This document shows, in pieces, positions 54,370 through 61,388 of a stretch of DNA of 64,000 nt. Positions within the stretch are counted from its first letter, which is position 1, and each line of letters begins with the position of its first letter. The position numbers were made by a program, and so were the translations under genes. Origin of the DNA: Pyrinomonadaceae bacterium (GTDB lineage Bacteria > Acidobacteriota > Blastocatellia > Pyrinomonadales > Pyrinomonadaceae). The stretch covers positions 43,407 to 107,406 of the forward strand of contig JBKKAL010000297.1 of NCBI GenBank assembly GCA_046714695.1. The letters run 5' to 3'. The notes beneath the pieces are model-generated. The model was not told where the DNA came from. It was given only the letters and a program-made list of their open reading frames with translations, and made no database searches.

Positions 54370-56454
54370 GTGCTTATGCCCCTCGTCCGTCGCTATTCAT
54401 TTACGCCTTACCTATTACGCCGTTGGTACTGGGCTCTGGCTCTTATCCTGACGTGCGCAGTCTGGATTATTTCGGCGTTGGCGATGCGTCCTTTGAAGGA
54501 TGCCGACGGCTCTTACGCGTCGCGTCCATATGGGCTCACGACCGGGCTTGAAAATCAGGCGCTTGATCTGCTCTTCCAGGTGCGTGACGTGCGGCGACCG
54601 CAGCAACGCATGCGCGGATTCAGTGAGCCGATTACGATTATAGAGGTTGACGAGGCGGCCATTAAAGCTTCAGGCGTGCGTCTGCAAAAATGGCCGCGCG
54701 ATTGGTACGCGCGCCTCGTGGATCGCGCCAGCGAGGGCGGAGCAACTGTCATCGGACTCGATTTTTTCTTGAGTGAAGCGGGAGGGCGCTCCACCGAAGA
54801 CGCCAAAACTGATCAGCAGTTGGCAGAATCCATTGCCAATGCCGGAAACGTCGTCGTGGCGATGAAGCTCGATGCCGGAGGCTACGAGGCAATCAACCCC
54901 CTTCCGATGTACGGCCAGGCGGCATGGGCCACGGGCTTCGTGGACGTTCCGGTCGATAACGATGGGTTCGTGCGCAGCCTGCTGCTTTTTCGCGCGCGAC
55001 CGGGGGAGAATACAGAGTTCAGCTTTGCGACCCGCGTGGTTGAGGGGCATCTATTGGCCCAGGCCTACTCACAGAAGTTAACGGAGTTACAGGGTCGCGC
55101 TTTGAGCGAAGAAGCGGCTGCCGATGAGGCCGCGCAATATGCGCAGCAAAAGTCCGAGATGAAGCCCTGGGGTAAAGACGCGATCATGATAAACGAGCGC
55201 GTCATTGCTCTGCGCAACGACAATACACTCCAGCTTGATTACCGTACGCGCCCCCCGGCATTTCGTCGCATCTCTGCCGCAGACCTTCTTTTCAACGATC
55301 AGGCACAGATTTCGGATGACCTGTTCCGCGACCGTATTGTGCTTATCGGATCAACTAATATAGATGCTCCTGATCTTTTTCCGACGCCATTTTATGAAGC
55401 CTCATGGCTGCCACGCCTGCTCGACAGGCGCATGCCGACCGCGCCTGCGCGGACTCCCGGTGTCGAGTTGCATGCGACGGCTGCGGCGACGATGCTGTTC
55501 GGCAATACGCTGACGCGCCCGCGTTATCGCTGGCAGGTATCTTTGCTGCTGCTGCCTCTGGTGTTTGCGGCGCTCGCGGTATTTCGCCTGCGTGCCCTGT
55601 GGGCCTTGCTGGCCGTCTTCCTGCTCGCGCTGGCCGTGCTCGTCGTCGCTCTTTTGGCGTTCAGCAGCCGTGGAATGATTCTGCCGCTGGCGACCACATG
55701 GTTGGGCCTCGTCCTGCTTGCGCCGACAGGCCTCGGCCTGCGCTACGCGCGTGAGCATATGCTGCTTGGTGAGAAGGAGGCAGAGCGTGCGCAGGTGATG
55801 GACATCCTTTCGCGCTGTGTCTCGCAGAACGTGGCCGAAGAGCTGTGGCAGCGGCGCGACCAGATTGTCAGCGGCGAACGACGTATCGTCACCATCATGT
55901 TCACGGATATACGCAACTTCACCACGCTCTCGGAGACGGCCGCTTCGGATGATCTGGTCGAATGGCTCAACGATTATTTCAGCCGCATGCACGAGAGCAT
56001 CGAAGCCCACTGCGGGCATATAGACAAATTTATCGGCGATGGTTTGATGATCGTCTTCGGCGCGCCGGCTTCGCGCGGTGATGAAGCGGAAGCGCGTGCG
56101 GCGGTCGCCTGCGGCCTTCAGATGCTTGATGAAGTCGAGCGCATGAACGAAGAGTGGAAAGAATTGGATCGCCCGCAGATTAGGATTGGCGTCGGCATAC
56201 ATACGGGCGAGGCCACCTGTGGCGTGGTCGGTGCGGAGCGCAGGCTTGAGTATACTGTCATTGGGGATACTGTGAATCTGGCTGCCCGTCTTGAATCAAC
56301 GACCAAGGAGTATGGTGTGCCCTTGCTGATTAGCGAGGCGACGGCGCGCCTGCTCAATGAGGATTTTGAGGCGCATGCGCTCGGCGAAGTTAAAGTCAAA
56401 GGCAAAAACGCAAGTACCCGAATTTACACCGTCAAGCAAAGGAATCCATTGTGA
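54370..56454 (+). CDS. CHASE2 sensor domain - 3 TM - class III adenylate/guanylate cyclase
   Basis: 694 aa with a GTG start at 54370 or ATG at 54376. An N-terminal TM is followed by a ~330-aa extracytoplasmic region with CHASE2-like motifs (LDLLFQVR, ITIIEVDE, GATVIGLDFFL, GFVDVPVDNDGFVR). Three TM helices follow. The cyclase core is IVTIMFTDIRNFTTLSE...FIGDGLMIVFGAP...IGVGIHTGEATCGVVG...YTVIGDTVNLAARLES. Confidence 0.85.
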   Translation: MLMPLVRRYSFTPYLLRRWYWALALILTCAVWIISALAMRPLKDADGSYASRPYGLTTGLENQALDLLFQVRDVRRPQQRMRGFSEPITIIEVDEAAIKASGVRLQKWPRDWYARLVDRASEGGATVIGLDFFLSEAGGRSTEDAKTDQQLAESIANAGNVVVAMKLDAGGYEAINPLPMYGQAAWATGFVDVPVDNDGFVRSLLLFRARPGENTEFSFATRVVEGHLLAQAYSQKLTELQGRALSEEAAADEAAQYAQQKSEMKPWGKDAIMINERVIALRNDNTLQLDYRTRPPAFRRISAADLLFNDQAQISDDLFRDRIVLIGSTNIDAPDLFPTPFYEASWLPRLLDRRMPTAPARTPGVELHATAAATMLFGNTLTRPRYRWQVSLLLLPLVFAALAVFRLRALWALLAVFLLALAVLVVALLAFSSRGMILPLATTWLGLVLLAPTGLGLRYAREHMLLGEKEAERAQVMDILSRCVSQNVAEELWQRRDQIVSGERRIVTIMFTDIRNFTTLSETAASDDLVEWLNDYFSRMHESIEAHCGHIDKFIGDGLMIVFGAPASRGDEAEARAAVACGLQMLDEVERMNEEWKELDRPQIRIGVGIHTGEATCGVVGAERRLEYTVIGDTVNLAARLESTTKEYGVPLLISEATARLLNEDFEAHALGEVKVKGKNASTRIYTVKQRNPL

Positions 56455-56495
56455 TGGCCCGGCCCCGTTCATGCCTCGGCCAGGAGGTCATGCAA

Positions 56496-56537
56496 ACGAA
56501 TATAGAATATTCGTACAAATCGTTGTCTTTCTATAAT
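56496..56537 (+). promoter_or_regulatory. 8-bp-arm palindrome followed by a perfect TATAAT upstream of the DUF928-like gene
   Basis: ACGAATAT-aga-ATATTCGT spans 56496-56514 and TATAAT lies at 56532-56537. The palindrome covers the expected -35 position. Confidence 0.3.
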
Positions 56538-56583
56538 ATTACTCTCGGGTCTTGATACACTTTCAGGGAAGAAGGAGAAAGTC

Positions 56584-57315
56584 ATGTCACATCCAAGCAA
56601 GCTCATTTCACGTCTATCGTTAATCGGTCTCTCAATTTTACTTTCGAGCCTGATCGGCTTCGTCATGGTCGAAGCCCAAAACAAACCGGCGGCGCGGCGA
56701 CCGCTGCCGAAGCCCAAATCGGGCTCGCGCGGCTTTGAGCAGTCTGCGTCGCGGGATGCCTCATCAAGACTTATCAGCGGCGGGGCGACGCGCGAGGTGA
56801 CGAGTTTTCGCAAGCCGATAGCTCCAATGCTCGGTCTGGCTTATGATGCCCGACCCTTTTTCAAGTGGAGCCCGGCCTTCGGCACAAAGTCATATCATTT
56901 TACGCTCTATGATGGAGATGTAAATTCTACTGCCTCTGTGCCTGTCGTCTTTGAGACCGATACGACCGCAACGCAACTGGTCTATCCCAAGGACGCGCCG
57001 GCTCTCCAACCCGGAACGCTCTACTCCTGGAGGGTGCTGACCGAATTTGAAGGCAAAAAGGAGCTGGGGCCGGCGGTCACATTCTTTATCCTCGCGGGGC
57101 AGGATGCGACCGATGTAAAGGCGGCTTTAGAGCAGGTCAAATTAACTGCGCCGGTCACGGCTGCTGATCGTTTACGGCAGGCTAAAGTTTTTGAGGAGTA
57201 TGGCGTCTGGTACGATACGCTTCGCATTAGCGATGAGGTGACGGCGCAGAATACCAGCGATACCGAGGCCCAGGCTTACTATGATTCGCTTTTAGACAAG
57301 CTCGAAGGTAAGTAG
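56584..57315 (+). CDS. secreted DUF928-like protein
   Basis: AAGGAG Shine-Dalgarno and signal peptide (LISRLSLIGLSILLSSLIGFVMVEAQ). The core pattern is RPFFKWSPAFGTKSYHFTLYD...LVYPKDAPALQPGTLYSWRV, matching my recollection of DUF928 (P.F.W...Y.F.L.D...YP...L..G..Y.W.V). Confidence 0.65.
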   Translation: MSHPSKLISRLSLIGLSILLSSLIGFVMVEAQNKPAARRPLPKPKSGSRGFEQSASRDASSRLISGGATREVTSFRKPIAPMLGLAYDARPFFKWSPAFGTKSYHFTLYDGDVNSTASVPVVFETDTTATQLVYPKDAPALQPGTLYSWRVLTEFEGKKELGPAVTFFILAGQDATDVKAALEQVKLTAPVTAADRLRQAKVFEEYGVWYDTLRISDEVTAQNTSDTEAQAYYDSLLDKLEGK

Positions 57316-57472
57316 AGCAAAACGGTCGTGTGTGGGGCTGCGCGCATCCTAAACCGGAGCCATTCGGGAAAGCCAAAGGGAGCGTGCCCATCAGGGCACA
57401 GATGGCCTCGTCCCTTTCCGTCTCGGCCTTGAAGGGGACGAGCATGGGCTCGCCTTAAGTAAAGAGAAAATC

Positions 57473-57874
57473 ATGAATCAAGGAGCCGCTCGCGCTCAAA
57501 AAATTCTGGTGGTTGACGATGTCGAGACGATGCGCGATATGCTGAAAGCATGGCTCGAGGGGCTCGGTTACAGCGTGCTGATCGCCGAAGATGGACAACA
57601 AGCCGTCGAGACGGCGAAGCGCGAGCTGCCCGACCTTGTTTTGATGGATATAGGTATAGGCCCCCAGAGCGGTCTTACTTCTGTGGCCCAGATGCGTGAA
57701 GACGCAAAACTCGATGGTACTCCGGTTGTGGCCCTGACGGCTTACGATTCGCCGGGCCTGCGCCTTGATGCTGAGAAAAAGGGCTTCGATGAATACGTCA
57801 CCAAGCCATTCGTTCCAGAGGAACTGGGGCAGCTCATAGAAAAGCTTCTGAGCAAACCTCGAACGCACCTTTAA
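57473..57874 (+). CDS. stand-alone response-regulator receiver (CheY-like)
   Basis: ILVVDDVETMRDML, the phospho-acceptor context DLVLMDIGI, and VVALTAY...KPF. Confidence 0.85.
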   Translation: MNQGAARAQKILVVDDVETMRDMLKAWLEGLGYSVLIAEDGQQAVETAKRELPDLVLMDIGIGPQSGLTSVAQMREDAKLDGTPVVALTAYDSPGLRLDAEKKGFDEYVTKPFVPEELGQLIEKLLSKPRTHL

Positions 57875-57965
57875 GATAGCGTGAGATCATCCGGCGTGCC
57901 GGAGTAGTCCGATCCCAGGATCAAACTTCTTTTCCGGCCCGCTTCTTATCCTGGAGAAAACTCAG

Positions 57966-58715
57966 ATGCGGTATCAGGGCGAGCAGTCGAGGCGCAGGCG
58001 TGAGCGCATGGCGATGCCTCTGCCCGTGCAGGTTGAGGCGAGAGAGAGCGCAGACCACAGTTGGGTCGAGGAGAGCAAACTGATTGACGTCAGTCCCTTT
58101 GGCGCGCGCTTTGTGATTAGCCATCCCACAGAGCCTGGACGCCTGCTACATTTAACGAGTCCCTTGCCGCGCCCTCTTCGTTGTTTCGATTTTGATGTGG
58201 AGCAATACAAAGTCTGGGCTCTGGTTTGCCACATCAAACCGCTTTCACTGGAACCGGAGCGAATGCCGCGCTTTGAGGTCGGCGTCGCTTTCACAGGTCA
58301 GCACGCGCCTCAGAACTTTGAAAGAGATCCGGCCATATCTTACGAAATCACACCCGCTGCGAACCAGGATAGTCTGTGGAACTTAAGTGAAAAGCAGCAA
58401 CCTGAAGCGACCGGAAGTGTTGCCCGTGAGCGGCGCGCAGAACCGCGATACGAGAAGGCGGATGAGGTCGTGATTGAGGTATACGATGCAGAAGGAAACG
58501 TCTTTGCGCGCGAGACGACAAGGACGGAGAACATCAGCCGGCGCGGCATGTGCATTATTACAGATCTGAATATCACCCGCGGGCGCTACATACGCATTAG
58601 AAGCCCACACCACCATATCGCCGTCATCGGTGCCGTGCGTCGTTTACGAAGAGATGCTGATGGTCTGAAGCGTCTTCACCTGGAATTCGTTGACCAGCAG
58701 TGGCCGCCCCTTTGA
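57966..58715 (+). CDS. tandem PilZ-domain protein (predicted c-di-GMP binding)
   Basis: It has two RxxxR ... (D/N)xSxxG pairs: RRRRER...IDVSPFGARF and RRAEPR...TENISRRGMCI. Confidence 0.7.
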   Translation: MRYQGEQSRRRRERMAMPLPVQVEARESADHSWVEESKLIDVSPFGARFVISHPTEPGRLLHLTSPLPRPLRCFDFDVEQYKVWALVCHIKPLSLEPERMPRFEVGVAFTGQHAPQNFERDPAISYEITPAANQDSLWNLSEKQQPEATGSVARERRAEPRYEKADEVVIEVYDAEGNVFARETTRTENISRRGMCIITDLNITRGRYIRIRSPHHHIAVIGAVRRLRRDADGLKRLHLEFVDQQWPPL

Positions 58716-58867
58716 TGAATCGCAAGCGGGCTCAGGTAGTCGCCCACTGCATCAAAAATCATTAGAGCTTTTAGCGATAACCTACAGCACCCGCCGCAAC
58801 CAAGTGATAAGTAGCGTGCCTAGCCTCAGTTTATAGCCTTTAGTGGATTGACGGGATAAAGAGCGTA

Positions 58868-59926
58868 ATGGCCGAGGCGCAACTCCAGGTTGATGAAATT
58901 CTGCTTCCCTTACTCCACGCCTCGGATGAGTCGGAGTCGCAACGCCTCATTGCGAACATCATCTCGGAACATGCCGACTCGGTTATCAGAGATATTATCA
59001 AGTACAAGTTGTGGGACTTTACCAGGGCGGTTGATAATGGGCGACTGGCGGCGGACGCGGAGGACATCTATAACGATGCCGTCATGCAGTTGCTTGAGCG
59101 GCTGAATTTATTCAGAGCCGACCCCGAACACAACGCTATCGGCCAACTACGCAGCTATGTCGCAGTTATAACCTACCACTGCTGCTATCGTTACCTACGG
59201 CAGGTTTATCCGCAGCGACACATTCTGAAGAACAGGCTACGCTATCTTTTGACGCGTCAAACAGGCTTCTCGCTCTGGGAGAGCGCGGATAAAAAGACCT
59301 TGTGTGGTTTTGCGGCCTGGCGCGGACGCGCCCCGGCGTCCCACGCCGAGAGAGTCAACCAGCTTCTGCAACAACCCGAAGTTTTGGAGCAGATGAGAAT
59401 TAATGCTTCCGATATATCACGCGCCAGGCCAGCGGATTTGATTGCGTCGGTCTTTACTTTTATAGAAGGCCCCATCGCGCTGGACGAGTTAGTAAACATA
59501 GCCGCAAGACTATGGGGTGTTAAAGACCAGGAATCCGTGTCTGAACCTGAGGGAGATGAATCTGTACTGTCTGCAAGAGAACAAGGCGACCTTGGCGCGC
59601 AGGTGGATAGAAGAGACTATCTTCAAAAGCTATGGCGGGAGGTACATCAGCTTCCCGTAGGGCAACGTGCGGCCCTTCTGCTGAACCTGAGGGGAGCGGA
59701 AGGACGCGGCTGTATAGAGTTGTTTCAATTCGCCGGTGTAGCGACCATAAGGCAAATAGCCGATGCTCTGGAAATTCCTATGGAACAGTTCGCGGCGCTC
59801 TGGAATGAGTTGCCCATGGATGACCTGGCGATTGCAAAGCGTTTGGGGCTCAATCGGCAGCAGGTTATCAACTTGCGCAAATCGGCCCGCGCCCGCCTCG
59901 CCCGGAGAATGAAAAACCTTGAATAG
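58868..59926 (+). CDS. ECF-like sigma-70 family factor with ~130-aa insertion between regions 2 and 4
   Basis: The region 2-like stretch is EDIYNDAVMQLLERL...LRSYVAVITYHCCYRYLRQ. The region 4-like stretch is LPVGQRAALLLNLRG...IAKRLGLNRQQVINLRKSARARLARRM. At 352 aa it is much longer than a typical ECF factor (~180-200 aa). Confidence 0.65.
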   Translation: MAEAQLQVDEILLPLLHASDESESQRLIANIISEHADSVIRDIIKYKLWDFTRAVDNGRLAADAEDIYNDAVMQLLERLNLFRADPEHNAIGQLRSYVAVITYHCCYRYLRQVYPQRHILKNRLRYLLTRQTGFSLWESADKKTLCGFAAWRGRAPASHAERVNQLLQQPEVLEQMRINASDISRARPADLIASVFTFIEGPIALDELVNIAARLWGVKDQESVSEPEGDESVLSAREQGDLGAQVDRRDYLQKLWREVHQLPVGQRAALLLNLRGAEGRGCIELFQFAGVATIRQIADALEIPMEQFAALWNELPMDDLAIAKRLGLNRQQVINLRKSARARLARRMKNLE

Positions 59927-60029
59927 TCTATTTTATTATTGACCGGCTGGTAATATCCTGTCTGTTTACGAACCAGTAATAAATGAAGGGCGAAAGGTAA
60001 TCGCTCCGCTGAAAGAAACAGAAGCACAC

Positions 60030-61352
60030 GTGACCGAACATCTCACAGACAGACAAATAAAGCTCTACCATGACTGCACAATCACTGCCGCGGAGCTTGT
60101 CGGCCTGGATAGCCATGCTTCAGCCTGCGCCGATTGTCGTCGCAGGCTGGCCGCCACGGGGCAGGAAGAGCAGAAGTTTCTCTCACTCAAAAAAGTCTTT
60201 GATTCCGCATCCGAGGACCATCCTGATTACGAGCGCTTTGCGGCCTACGTTGACGGCACGTTGATGAAGGAGGCGGCGGGGCTCATGGAAGCTCATCTGT
60301 CTGCGTGCCGGGAATGTCAGTTAATGGTGAGCGACCTGATGGTCTTCAGGGACGAGGTCGCGCCGGATTTCAATAAGGTGTACGCCCCGCCCGCGAGCTC
60401 CCCCGATTCAACTTCATTAGGGCGACGTTTGATGGCATCGTTAAATTCCGCCTTCGCCTTTAAGTCGCCGGCCCTGACCATGAGCTTCGCGTTGATGGCG
60501 CTCTTTATCATCGGAGTTGTTTTCTGGTTAGTCCTCCTGCGCTCCTACAGGCCTCGTGACACACAGCCGCAGGTCGCACAGAGCCCGACTTCAACGCCCG
60601 CGCCGGAGGTGAACGCCCAAGGAGATAATAATAATCCAGCCCCGACGCCTGAAGCAGCGCCTGAAGCACCTCCGGTTTTGCTCGCCCTTAATGACGGCGC
60701 GCGTCGCGTTGCTGTTGATAAAGAGGGAAATTTAACCGGATTGGACGAGTTGCCGCCAGCGCACCGGCAGGCCATCAAAACGGCCTTGACCACGCAGCAG
60801 GCTGCAAATGCTTCGGCGCTCGCAGGTCTTGGTAAAAGGGGCGGAGGGCTCAGGGGTGCAGGCGACAACTCCACCTTCGGGCCGCTCAACCCCGTAGGCA
60901 AAGTCATACTCACGGACAGGCCTCAACTCAACTGGAGTCGTTTGGACGGGGCGAGCCATTACCGGATCATTATCTACGATTCAGATTTCAACGTTGTCTC
61001 TTCGAGTCAAGAGCTTACGACGAACAACTGGACAGTGCCGCGCTCCCTTGACCGGGGCCGGATCTATTTGTGGCAGGTGGTGGCGACCAAAGATGGTCAG
61101 GAGACAAAAGCGCCCGTTCCTCCTGCTCAGGAAGCAAGGTTCAAGGTGTTGGAGCAGAGCAGGGCTAATGAGCTAAGTCAGGCTCGCAGGTCTTATGCGG
61201 GGTCGCATCTGTCCCTGGGTGTCCTTTACGCGCAGGCGGGACTGCTAGAAGAGGCCGAGCGCGAGTTCAGACTCCTGCTCAAAGCCAATCCAAATTCAGA
61301 TGTCGCAAGAAACCTCCTGCGCAACATCAGAACGACGCCTCGCGTTCGTTAG
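60030..61352 (+). CDS. zf-HC2 anti-sigma factor, single TM, periplasmic DUF928-like + TPR-like domain
   Basis: GTG start. It has two Zn-finger-like motifs (HASACADCRRRL, HLSACRECQ) and one TM helix (LTMSFALMALFIIGVVFWLVLL), followed by a Pro-rich linker. The periplasmic part then reads RPQLNWSRLDGASHYRIIIYDSD...LDRGRIYLWQVVA, followed by LGVLYAQAGLLEEAEREFRLLLKANP. Confidence 0.75.
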   Translation: MTEHLTDRQIKLYHDCTITAAELVGLDSHASACADCRRRLAATGQEEQKFLSLKKVFDSASEDHPDYERFAAYVDGTLMKEAAGLMEAHLSACRECQLMVSDLMVFRDEVAPDFNKVYAPPASSPDSTSLGRRLMASLNSAFAFKSPALTMSFALMALFIIGVVFWLVLLRSYRPRDTQPQVAQSPTSTPAPEVNAQGDNNNPAPTPEAAPEAPPVLLALNDGARRVAVDKEGNLTGLDELPPAHRQAIKTALTTQQAANASALAGLGKRGGGLRGAGDNSTFGPLNPVGKVILTDRPQLNWSRLDGASHYRIIIYDSDFNVVSSSQELTTNNWTVPRSLDRGRIYLWQVVATKDGQETKAPVPPAQEARFKVLEQSRANELSQARRSYAGSHLSLGVLYAQAGLLEEAEREFRLLLKANPNSDVARNLLRNIRTTPRVR

Positions 61353-61388
61353 AAAATCGTTTAATAATTTCCCTCAAGCTCGTAGCTG

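Noticed and set aside
57316-57472. Possible c-di-GMP (GEMM-I-like) riboswitch upstream of the receiver/PilZ genes, suggested by CCATTCGGGAAAGCCAAAGGGAGCG and two hairpins (GTGCCC-atca-GGGCAC; CTCGTCCC...GGGACGAG)
   Set aside because: The order and spacing of the elements do not match the GEMM-I consensus as I remember it (GCAAACC - GNRA hairpin - GGGACGCAAAGCC), and I could not build the two-helix junction. The resemblance is limited to short words. It is worth one cmsearch run (RF01051, RF01786) but is not reportable as a feature.
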